A program made the translations under genes and the position numbers. Positions 40,111 through 48,794 of a DNA stretch of 64,000 nucleotides are shown piece by piece. How positions within the stretch are numbered: position 1 is the first letter of the stretch; every line of letters begins with the position of its first letter. This stretch comes from Candidatus Melainabacteria bacterium 17Bon1m (GTDB lineage Bacteria > Cyanobacteriota > Vampirovibrionia > Obscuribacterales > Obscuribacteraceae): contig JAVLKG010000006.1 of NCBI GenBank assembly GCA_032128875.1, positions 224,001-288,000 on the forward strand, read 5' to 3'. Under the pieces are notes generated by a model that was not told the origin of the DNA, made no database searches, and saw only the letters and a program-made list of their open reading frames with translations.

Positions 40111-41154
40111 TTAGAATCTTCTTGCGACCGGTTGGCTCTGTACTGCTGAAACCAGACTTCTTGCCAAACCTCGCGCCATCACTTGTCTGAAAGGAGACAC
40201 TGTGACAATGTCATAGCTCGCACCTCTCATCGTCAGTTCGTTGTCCAGTTCTTCCAATAAATTGCCGCCTTTCGAGTCATTGCCGACTTGCAGAAATGCA
40301 ATCGAAATTTGATCTGGTGCCGTCATTCTTTGACTCGCGTTGATAATCAAGTCCTTGAGCGCACGCGGGTTGTCGGGATCTCCATCCGTGACAATGGCGA
40401 CCACCAATGGCTGCGTATTTCCCATCGACTGAGCTCTGAAATAATCGTCAAGCTGATGCTTCAGAGCACCGACCAGGTTGGTGCCACCATCGGGTGAGTT
40501 CTGCTGGAACAGCGCTGGAATCATCTCGGCGCGCACGTTGTGATAGACGGAATCAGTGCCGCTGAAGAATACGAGCGAAAGACCTTGCGGCAAAACTAGC
40601 GCCGTTTGCCGAGCCAGATCGACAGTTTGATTCAAACACCAATCCCAACGACTTAAACTGCGCGGAGAAAAATTGCCGAATGTCATTGGCAGAGCACAGT
40701 CTTCAGTTTTCATCGAGCCTGACCGGTCCATGATTATCGTGACGTGTCTGCCACGCAGACGAGCCACCTCCATTGGTGCGAGCAGGCTGCCGTTGAGTGG
40801 TTGTCTTGTGTTAGGAATGTTTTGAGTAAAACTTTGAGGTGCCGGTCGGGTTCTCACTGTTTGCAGCATCCGATTGGCAAACGCTGCGGCATCGAGAACC
40901 TTTTTCACGGTCTCAGGCTCTGCGAATTCATTAGCCCAGCCGCTAGGTGCTACTGAAGCCGCTGGGGTCGCTTGGGTCGACGGAAGTCTGAAGCTGCTCA
41001 CGCTGTTGGGCCCCACCCCCAGATCGCGATTGTCCGAAACTGGTGCGACTGGCTCATCGAACTGAGACCGCTGAATTCTGAACGTGCCTTGAGCAAGCGC
41101 AGAATTTGCCGTGAGCAACAGGAATGCCATTGCTGCAAGGGCATTTAGTCTCAT
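40111..41154 (-). CDS. Secreted vWA domain protein
   Basis: Signal peptide; DRSGSM, GGT, VTDG, FLQVGND. Confidence 0.85.
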   Translation of the reverse strand: MRLNALAAMAFLLLTANSALAQGTFRIQRSQFDEPVAPVSDNRDLGVGPNSVSSFRLPSTQATPAASVAPSGWANEFAEPETVKKVLDAAAFANRMLQTVRTRPAPQSFTQNIPNTRQPLNGSLLAPMEVARLRGRHVTIIMDRSGSMKTEDCALPMTFGNFSPRSLSRWDWCLNQTVDLARQTALVLPQGLSLVFFSGTDSVYHNVRAEMIPALFQQNSPDGGTNLVGALKHQLDDYFRAQSMGNTQPLVVAIVTDGDPDNPRALKDLIINASQRMTAPDQISIAFLQVGNDSKGGNLLEELDNELTMRGASYDIVTVSPFRQVMARGLARSLVSAVQSQPVARRF

Positions 41155-41239
41155 TGCCGAATCTCCCGAGGGGCGACTTTACAGGCGAGCTTTCGCCGCA
41201 TAAAAGTATTGGACGCCCGAGGAGTTTTTATGTTCCGCT

Positions 41240-43207
41240 CTAATCGCCGGTGATTGAACTGATTGTCTCGCTCAGTTGTGTAAGCACCGCAGGATCCTTT
41301 TCGCTAGTCAGCGTGACCAGAATTCCTTTGCCGAAATCAGCAAGGACCATCGAGCCAACTTGCGTTTGCATAACGATTTGCTTGATACGCGAATGCCCCA
41401 TAACCATGATGATGTGATGAGAATTCATGTAAGACACGAGGGTGCAGCCGCCAAGCAATTCAATGTCGACATCATGCGGGAGTGCGCTAGTGATTGGCAA
41501 ACCGTCATAACCGCAAACCATATATCCGAGCACTCCTTGAATTTTCAATATCGGCTCGAGCGCCATCGCCATCTGCTGCGCAGCATCGAGAGTAATCACT
41601 CGGGCGTGGCTGTGTCCAAGCCCTTTCTTTATGACACTATCAATCTTCTGGATGGTATCTTCGGTCAGTAAAAACCTCCCGAGTTCCTTGATATTGCCAG
41701 GACTGTTGGTAGCGTATTTGATATCAGCCAAGCGTCCCAGTGATGAAAGACATTGGTTGACGTCTGTTTCCAAAGCCGAATTCTGGCGAGGAGATTGAAC
41801 ATTCCCAGGCAGGCTTTGAGCTGGAAGTGATGGAGTTTGGGTTGGTAGTGATGGAGTTTCGACCGGAATAAATTGTGGTGCTGTTGGCTCTGTCGGCGGA
41901 TTTGAATATGCGGGTTCGTTAAACAGCTGATTGATGCGGTCACCAATGGCATCTAAGGGCAGAGCACTTGCGCGTGTGACAGGAACGATAGTCGGCTGCG
42001 GAATTTCTACCGGTTGGGTTTCAACCTTTTTCTGTTCGTTTTCAGCAAGCTGTTTCATGATCTCCGCTGTGTTTTTCAAGTTTAGTTTGGAGATGTTTGG
42101 TGCTGAGTTCACTGAGAATGGAACAAGTGGTCCCGTCTCTGTTTGCCCTTGCAAAGCCGGCTTCACAGGTGGTGCCACTGCTGGATACGTGCCCGACTTC
42201 CATTCCATCAATTGTTCATCTGAGAAGTCGTGACCATTTACTAAATGACTTTGAGTCGCTACATTCTGAACTTGCGGACTGACCGTCACAACCATGGATA
42301 CTCCGAGATTGACAGGCGTCGCAAGCTGTTGCATCGTTATGTTCGCAGATACTATGTTTGGACTTGACGTGATTGGTAAAGTAGCTGCAGGAACGACTAT
42401 CGCTTGGGTCTCGTTGATATCTGATGTTTTCGGTTCTACTGGAAGTTCTTGGATTTCTTCTGTCAAGTAACCAGAGTTTGTCTCTAAATGTTCAGCCTCT
42501 TGAGCCTCTTCACGCAGATGTTCGTGTACTTTCTCTCTGATCGCCTCTGCAAGAGTTTTGCCAACTTCTTCAACGGGTTGACTATTCTTGTGAATGTTTA
42601 GCTTCTTACCTAATCCGCCTACAGCGGAGTATGTTCCAGTAACATACTGATCGACTGCCGGCAGACCATGAGGAGTTTTCTCCTTTGCTGGCTCACTGAG
42701 ATGTTCTTTCTTTGGGCTAAGCACAGCTGGATCAATTTTGCTTTGTGCACCACTGTTACTAACAGATCTATTTTTGTGCGACGAGTCGGCACCAGGGTTA
42801 GTGCCTTGAGTGCTCTGTTGAATAGCTGTATAACCTGCTGAAAATCCAGTTGAGGAGCTGGCTTTCAGCCGTGTCGCGGAATTGCTGGCGACACTTCTTG
42901 TGCTGCGCAGATCATTCTTTCGATTTTTATGACCTGCGAAAATATCGAGAAGAGGTTCCCAAAAACTTGCTTTTGCATTGGGGAGACTATCAATAATTTC
43001 AACCGCCAACCGGCTGCTGTCCCCTGGTCTGACGCTCTCCGGAAGTTCTAAATCATGCACCGCTGCAACGATCTGGCTCAGGTTTGCACGAAAACTCGCT
43101 GCTGAGTCGTTGACCATAAGCACACGCCTCAGCCGCATCTCCTCTTCCTGCGACAGATTACCGTCCAACTCTCGCTGAATCAGAAGCCGTGTTTGAGATT
43201 CATTCAT
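41240..43207 (-). CDS. Anti-sigma-like N-terminus + disordered linker + Roadblock/LC7 (MglB-like) domain
   Basis: N-term LIQRELDGNLSQEEEMRLRRVL; C-term IQGVLGYMVCGYDGLPITS; GGGGGA RBS before ATG 43207. Confidence 0.7.
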   Translation of the reverse strand: MNESQTRLLIQRELDGNLSQEEEMRLRRVLMVNDSAASFRANLSQIVAAVHDLELPESVRPGDSSRLAVEIIDSLPNAKASFWEPLLDIFAGHKNRKNDLRSTRSVASNSATRLKASSSTGFSAGYTAIQQSTQGTNPGADSSHKNRSVSNSGAQSKIDPAVLSPKKEHLSEPAKEKTPHGLPAVDQYVTGTYSAVGGLGKKLNIHKNSQPVEEVGKTLAEAIREKVHEHLREEAQEAEHLETNSGYLTEEIQELPVEPKTSDINETQAIVVPAATLPITSSPNIVSANITMQQLATPVNLGVSMVVTVSPQVQNVATQSHLVNGHDFSDEQLMEWKSGTYPAVAPPVKPALQGQTETGPLVPFSVNSAPNISKLNLKNTAEIMKQLAENEQKKVETQPVEIPQPTIVPVTRASALPLDAIGDRINQLFNEPAYSNPPTEPTAPQFIPVETPSLPTQTPSLPAQSLPGNVQSPRQNSALETDVNQCLSSLGRLADIKYATNSPGNIKELGRFLLTEDTIQKIDSVIKKGLGHSHARVITLDAAQQMAMALEPILKIQGVLGYMVCGYDGLPITSALPHDVDIELLGGCTLVSYMNSHHIIMVMGHSRIKQIVMQTQVGSMVLADFGKGILVTLTSEKDPAVLTQLSETISSITGD

Positions 43208-43741
43208 ACGTCCCCCCATTCCACTAGACGCCAACTCGGGAATGCGTCTGGTGGATGCAAAAGCGTGGCCACGGCTCGAAAGCCGCTGGACACAAGCTAT
43301 TTTTGATGTGTGATTTCGTTTTCTATGTGCAGCAGCGCAACGCACTTAGCGCCTGAAGCACAGTTCGTTTACCTATTCCCTCAACAGCAAGGCGCGTACT
43401 CCTTGCCTGTGTAATTGCCGCCAATGCCCGTAAAGGGCCGCCAAAGCTGAATACAGCCGTATCTGCATCTTTGCATGCACCCAAGAATGTTGTCAAGAGA
43501 ACGCGAAGAGCCTAAGAACAGCAACAGGATGAGTTCTTCAAACTTTGCTTGTTCTACCTTAACTAAACTTCAACAGGGTGCCGGATGAAAACCGCGATTG
43601 CAAGCGGGTTTTAGGAAGACCGTATCTCAATCGATTCCGACGTTTGTGGCGGAGCCGTATATGTAGAATCTGCATGAGGATTATGAGAGGTCTATAATTG
43701 TGCCTGGAATCTCGTGATTGTCGAATTTGAGGTCCGGCCGT

Positions 43742-44509
43742 ATGCGTTTTTCGCCTTTTGTGAAAAGGAGCTGTATTCCTGTCTTAGCCGCCCTTCTCTT
43801 GCTTGACGGCGCGTTCTTGATCGCTCCTTCTTTTGCTCAAAGTTATGGTGACGTCACTGTAAGGAAGAATCCGGACGGATCAATCGAGACATTCGATACC
43901 TCCAGTTCATCGGCTCCTGCGCCAAGGCGCGGTTCAAGTTCTGGACATAGGCGTGGGACCCAGAAGTACAGCGATGGCGTCGTCGTTAGAAAAAATGCTG
44001 ATGGCTCAATCGAAACTTACGATTCGGGCAGTGGAGCGGCACCGCTACATTCAACAGGTCGCTCTTCTTCTTCGCGTGCAGCAAGCAAGTATGGCGAACG
44101 AGTTACTGTGCGAAAGAAGTCCGGCAACTCGACACCTGCACCCCCGAAGTCCAAAGCCAGTTCAACTAGTGTTCACAAATTCGTGCATAAATATTCGAAA
44201 GATGTCACGGTCAAGAAGAATCCTGATGGTACGATCGAGGTCATCGGTTTTGAAGGCGCACCGGCTCCGAAAGGCAAGTCGCAGTCTTCAGCGAAAGTGA
44301 CCTCATCGGCAAAGCCGAGTTCTACTGCAAAGTCGAGCTCAACAAGCAAATCGGGGTCAGCAAGCAAATCGAGCACTTCAACAAAAGCCGGCAGCGCTGC
44401 TAGAACCAAGCATCACTCTGCTCGCAGACCGAGAGGTCATGGAAATTTTGGTGACGTAAGAGTCATAAGAAATCCAGACGGCTCGATTGAGACCTACGAC
44501 TCAAACTGA
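43742..44509 (+). CDS. Secreted Ser/Lys-rich protein with five V.V.KNPDGSIE repeats
   Basis: Signal peptide ending in PSFA; repeats visible in the translation. Confidence 0.75.
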   Translation: MRFSPFVKRSCIPVLAALLLLDGAFLIAPSFAQSYGDVTVRKNPDGSIETFDTSSSSAPAPRRGSSSGHRRGTQKYSDGVVVRKNADGSIETYDSGSGAAPLHSTGRSSSSRAASKYGERVTVRKKSGNSTPAPPKSKASSTSVHKFVHKYSKDVTVKKNPDGTIEVIGFEGAPAPKGKSQSSAKVTSSAKPSSTAKSSSTSKSGSASKSSTSTKAGSAARTKHHSARRPRGHGNFGDVRVIRNPDGSIETYDSN

Positions 44510-44560
44510 GATTGTGAGCTGTTTCTCACAGAAAAAGCGGAAAAAGGAAACAAGGTAATC

Positions 44561-45595
44561 ATGCAATACGATGCGGTGCTGGTCATCTCCTTCGGCGGTC
44601 CGGAAGGAAAGGATGATGTGATGCCATTTTTACAGAACGTTCTGCGCGGCAAGAATGTTCCGGAAAAGCGCATGAAGGAAGTCGCGCACCATTATGATTT
44701 GTTCGGTGGCGTTAGTCCAATTAATGGACAGAACCGGCGCCTCATCTCCGCTTTGAAGGATGAGCTCAAGAAGCACAATATCGATCTGCCGGTTTATTGG
44801 GGAAATCGAAATTGGCATCCAATGCTCGCCGACACGCTGCGCAAAATGAAAGATGCCGGTGTCAAAAGAGCAATTGCGTTTGTCACTTCCGCATATGGTA
44901 GTTATTCCGGCTGTCGCCAGTATCTTGATGATATTGAGCGCGCTCGCGCCGAGGTTGGCGAGGGCGCTCCTGAAGTGGACAAGCTGCGCTTGTTTTACAA
45001 CCATCCGAAGTTTATAGAATCCAATGTCTCTCACTTACTCGATTCGCTAAATCATATTCCAGAGCAGCGTAGAGCGAATGTCCATGTGATTTTTACCGCG
45101 CACAGTATCCCCACTTCGATGTCGGAAAGCTGCGATTACGAAGCGCAGTTGCTAGAAACCTGCAGGCTGGTGGCGTTGGCTGCCGGTGTTTCAGATTGGA
45201 ATCTCGCATATCAAAGTCGTAGCGGTCCCGCCACCCAACCTTGGTTGGAGCCTGACATCCAAGATCACCTGCGCGATGTCGCACATCGGAAAATAAAGGA
45301 CGTTGTTGTTCTGCCGATTGGTTTTGTGTCCGATCACATGGAAATCATTTATGACCTGGATACCGAAGCCGCGTCCGTGGCCGGAAAAGTAGGCATCAAT
45401 TTTGAACGCTCTTTGACTGCCGGTACCCATCCTGCGTTTATATCAATGATTCGCGAATTGATCGAAGAGCGGTTGCAGGACACAGAAGAGCGCCCGTACG
45501 AGGGTACACGAGGTGTGTCGCCTGACTTCTGTCACCCAGATTGCTGTCCTCGTCCGGTCAGACCACAAGCTGCAACATCTACGACATCGGCTTGA
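44561..45595 (+). CDS. hemH: Ferrochelatase
   Basis: SFGGPE, GGVSPI, GNRNWHP, FTAHSIP, YQSRSGP..PWLEPD, GFVSDHMEIIYDLD. Confidence 0.95.
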   Translation: MQYDAVLVISFGGPEGKDDVMPFLQNVLRGKNVPEKRMKEVAHHYDLFGGVSPINGQNRRLISALKDELKKHNIDLPVYWGNRNWHPMLADTLRKMKDAGVKRAIAFVTSAYGSYSGCRQYLDDIERARAEVGEGAPEVDKLRLFYNHPKFIESNVSHLLDSLNHIPEQRRANVHVIFTAHSIPTSMSESCDYEAQLLETCRLVALAAGVSDWNLAYQSRSGPATQPWLEPDIQDHLRDVAHRKIKDVVVLPIGFVSDHMEIIYDLDTEAASVAGKVGINFERSLTAGTHPAFISMIRELIEERLQDTEERPYEGTRGVSPDFCHPDCCPRPVRPQAATSTTSA

Positions 45596-45660
45596 CAAGC
45601 GCGCTTTTCGGCGCCGTACGTGATACCTTTTGGGACGGTAAAGTAGGCCCAGAGGTTGAT

Positions 45661-46500
45661 ATGTCACGCATTCAAAGTGTTCGGACTGCTCAGACTGCGC
45701 TTTTGGTTTTCTGTGTAACTATGGGACTTTGCGCCCCGCTTGCCCATGCAGCCGAGTCGAAAGACCCTAAGATTTACGCTCACCGTGGCGGCGCCAAGTG
45801 GGCGCCTGAAAACACCATGGCCGCGTTTCGCAAGTGCAAAGAAAATGGCGTCTACGGCATCGAATTGGATATTCAACGCTGCAAGACCGGCGAACTTGTC
45901 GTTATTCATGACGAGGACTTGAAGCGCACCACCAATGGTACCGGGCTCATCAAAGACGTTAGTTTTGCCGATTTGAGCAAACTTGACGCAGGCAGTTGGT
46001 TTGGTGAACAGTTCAAGAATGAGCGCGTGCCGCTGCTCTCAGATGTTTTAAAACTGCTTGATGGCAAGGTTGTTCTCAATATCGAGATTAAAAACACGCC
46101 CGTCAACTATCCAGGAATTGAAGACGATTTGCTCAAGGTTCTTGCAGATTACAAGTATCCGGACACCATTATTATCAGCTCGTTCGATCATGAGGTGCTA
46201 AAGCGTCTTCATGCGAAGAGTTCCAAATATGCCATTGCTCTGCTGGGCGATCCGATTATTTGCGATGTTGGGCAGTACGCCAAGCAAGTTGGCGCCACAG
46301 CATGGCACCCGTATTTTGGCAGTATGCGCAAAGATGTAATTGATACCGCTCACGGTGCTTCACTCAAAGTCAACGTGTGGACTCCTAATAAAAAGCCTGA
46401 ATGGGAAGAATTGATATCACAGGGAGTCGATGGCATTGTGACCGATGATCCAAAAGCGCTGAGCGAATATCTTGGTCGCCGCGAGCGGAAGCAGAAGTAA
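45661..46500 (+). CDS. Glycerophosphodiester phosphodiesterase, secreted
   Basis: AHRGG..PENT, ELDIQ..LVVIHD, NIEIK, GVDGIVTD; GAGG RBS before ATG 45661. Confidence 0.92.
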   Translation: MSRIQSVRTAQTALLVFCVTMGLCAPLAHAAESKDPKIYAHRGGAKWAPENTMAAFRKCKENGVYGIELDIQRCKTGELVVIHDEDLKRTTNGTGLIKDVSFADLSKLDAGSWFGEQFKNERVPLLSDVLKLLDGKVVLNIEIKNTPVNYPGIEDDLLKVLADYKYPDTIIISSFDHEVLKRLHAKSSKYAIALLGDPIICDVGQYAKQVGATAWHPYFGSMRKDVIDTAHGASLKVNVWTPNKKPEWEELISQGVDGIVTDDPKALSEYLGRRERKQK

Positions 46501-46547
46501 AATAAGAGAAAGTTTGATTGAATCGTAATACGTCTAGGTGAGGGTCT

Positions 46548-47951
46548 ATGAGTTTCAAACGCACTGCAATCAGTCTGAGCATTCTGGGTGTGCTTGCCGG
46601 CGCACCGGTGTTTGCCGAAGGGGAAAACCCAAAATTCGAGAAGGCAAAAGCTACGGCACAAGCGTCAACGGATGCAGGTGAGTGGAAAAAGGCTGAGACT
46701 GCGTGGGGCAAGTGCCTTGACACGTTGGAAGCAGTAGGCGAAGCACCTGCAGACGCCAATCTGGAACTCACTCTGAAGCGTCTTGCTCAAGCATGTCGTC
46801 AAAACGGTGATTATGGCGATGGTATGGCATATCTGCAGCGGGCAATTGATACGGCTGCAAAATGCGGTATTTCCGATCCTGATTTGCAAACTGAAGCCAA
46901 CGAGCTTGGCAAATTCTGCCGAATTATCGATCCGGCAAAGCTGGGAAAAGACGCGGAAAAATTGATTCGCGACAACAAAGCTACCATCATCGTTGTGAAA
47001 GACAAAGACGAAGGCAACTTTATTGTCACTGTGACAATTCCTAATCGCATCGAGAACACCACCGGCGACGATAAAGTCGATCAAATCGCGATGGAAAAGT
47101 CGGTCACGTTAAACCTCAACGAAGGCACAGACGGAACAGTCGCCGCAACCAACATCAAAGGGTTCAAAATTCACGTTGTCGAAAAGAAAATGTGGGTCAA
47201 CTTGCTTGCCGCTAAGTTCGCCAAGCCTAATGAGACTGGCGCGCGCGATGTAGCTATCACCGCGGGCAAAATGGGCGTGACGAAAACCGTTACTCAGTCT
47301 GTGGATGCCAATTTCTATCAACCAGTTGCCGCATTCGTAGAAGAGACCAAACTCTTCGGCACACCAACTGATATTGCAATCGGAGCTACTCCTGCGACCT
47401 CAACCACTGCCACGAGCTCAACATCCTCTACCACTTCTCTTACGAGCAATGGCAGCAGTGTGACTCCGGCGTCGACCGCTGTTACGACAAGCAGCACAGC
47501 TCCTGTGACGACCACCACAGCTCCTGTGACGACCACCACAACTACCACCACTGGCGCTGCAGACCTGACTATACCGGCTTCGAATGGTACTCCCGCCACT
47601 ACCACTTCGACTACCACCTCAACCTCAACGACGACAACTTCGACTCCGGTTGAGACGACAACCACGACTACTTCCACGTCATCGACAACAACAACTCCCG
47701 AAGCTGTTCCTGAGAAGAAGACGGAAATCGAAACCACCACGGTGATCGATCTCAGCGAACAGAAGAAAAAGGAAGACGCACCGAAGGTTGAAGAGCCGCA
47801 GCAACAAAGCAGCTCATCAGTGCAGAAGGAAGCTAGCAGCACGTCAGCAACTACGTCGGTAAAGAAACACCGTGATCATGACGATGACGACGATGATGAT
47901 GACGACGATGACGACAAAGAAAAAAAGAAACGCGACCGCGACGACGACTAG
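46548..47951 (+). CDS. Secreted protein: TPR-like N-terminus, Thr/Ser-rich stalk, poly-Asp tail
   Basis: Signal peptide; composition visible in the translation. Confidence 0.8.
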   Translation: MSFKRTAISLSILGVLAGAPVFAEGENPKFEKAKATAQASTDAGEWKKAETAWGKCLDTLEAVGEAPADANLELTLKRLAQACRQNGDYGDGMAYLQRAIDTAAKCGISDPDLQTEANELGKFCRIIDPAKLGKDAEKLIRDNKATIIVVKDKDEGNFIVTVTIPNRIENTTGDDKVDQIAMEKSVTLNLNEGTDGTVAATNIKGFKIHVVEKKMWVNLLAAKFAKPNETGARDVAITAGKMGVTKTVTQSVDANFYQPVAAFVEETKLFGTPTDIAIGATPATSTTATSSTSSTTSLTSNGSSVTPASTAVTTSSTAPVTTTTAPVTTTTTTTTGAADLTIPASNGTPATTTSTTTSTSTTTTSTPVETTTTTTSTSSTTTTPEAVPEKKTEIETTTVIDLSEQKKKEDAPKVEEPQQQSSSSVQKEASSTSATTSVKKHRDHDDDDDDDDDDDDKEKKKRDRDDD

Positions 47952-47957
47952 CTTTTG

Positions 47958-47987
47958 GCGTGGGGGCGCATTGCATGCGCCCTTTTT
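47958..47987 (+). repeat. REP-like palindrome, family A, acting as terminator
   Basis: GCGTGGGGGCGCATTGCATGCGCCC followed by TTTTT, just after a stop codon. Confidence 0.7.
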
Positions 47988-48004
47988 CGATTCCACATAA
48001 GCAC

Positions 48005-48036
48005 AAGAAAAGGGCTCATGCGAGCCCTTTTCGTTT
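48005..48036. terminator. Bidirectional intrinsic terminator
   Basis: GAAAAGGGCTC-ATGC-GAGCCCTTTTC between convergent genes. Confidence 0.8.
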
Positions 48037-48094
48037 AATTGATCTGCTTTCGTTTAGTGACAGGAATTTGCCTTCTGTCTCTATTGTTAAAAGC

Positions 48095-48469
48095 CTACTG
48101 ACCTTGTGGTGCAGTGAATTTGTTTTGCATAAAGGTATCGAGACCTTGCTTCAACAATCCGCCGAACCCACCTTGTGGATTGGTTCCAGGCATACCTGGT
48201 TGAGTTGGTGCTGCACCGATCGGAGCTACGGCTGAAGCTCCCAGCGAAACTTGAACTGCCCGTGGATCTTGCGCAGTCATTTGCCCTTGTGGTGAAACGA
48301 TAACAAACAGAGACTGCCCTGTCGCCAGGTTGCTCATTAAATACTGACCAGCCGGGAGTGTCGAGGTGCCAACAGAGACGAAGTTTGTATTGTATTGCGA
48401 CCATGCAGCAAGCGGAAACAACACCGCGGCTGCAAACACGGCGCCGGTTACGAATTGCTTTCTCTTCAT
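48095..48469 (-). CDS. Small secreted hypothetical protein
   Basis: Signal peptide; AGGAG RBS. Confidence 0.75.
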   Translation of the reverse strand: MKRKQFVTGAVFAAAVLFPLAAWSQYNTNFVSVGTSTLPAGQYLMSNLATGQSLFVIVSPQGQMTAQDPRAVQVSLGASAVAPIGAAPTQPGMPGTNPQGGFGGLLKQGLDTFMQNKFTAPQGQ

Positions 48470-48549
48470 CCCAATACTCCTTCTAGCTGTGACGACCGCC
48501 TATTGTACACGGTCGCCTGTGAGGGCTATGTGGGATGTAAACGGAAACT

Positions 48550-48661
48550 GGGCGCGTGCAACGCGCCCCCACGCTTTTGCCTACGATGCGCCCCCACGCT
48601 TTTGCCTACGACGCGCCCCCACGCTGTTGCAGTGCTCAGCAGCGGACCCCCACGCTTTTGC
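48550..48661. repeat. REP family A copy followed by a 25-bp tandem repeat
   Basis: (C/T)GCGCCCCCACGCTTTTGCCTACGA at 48562 and 48587, partial copies at 48612 and 48647. Confidence 0.85.
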
Positions 48662-48794
48662 GGTTCCTGAAGGTGAACTTAGGCAAACATTCCCAGGATT
48701 GTTCGCCTTGCAAGTCTGGGGTTTTCCCGGATCGTTTTTCCTCGCCTTCTCAACATAATTGGCTTCAAGAGGCGACCGCATTTAAGAGGCAAAT

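Noticed and set aside
47380-47951. ACN-rich, 21-bp tandem and GAY repeats
   Set aside because: Explained by Thr-rich and poly-Asp coding sequence
48562-48661. Possible CRISPR array
   Set aside because: 25-bp units are directly adjacent with no unique spacers, derive from a REP palindrome, and no cas genes are present
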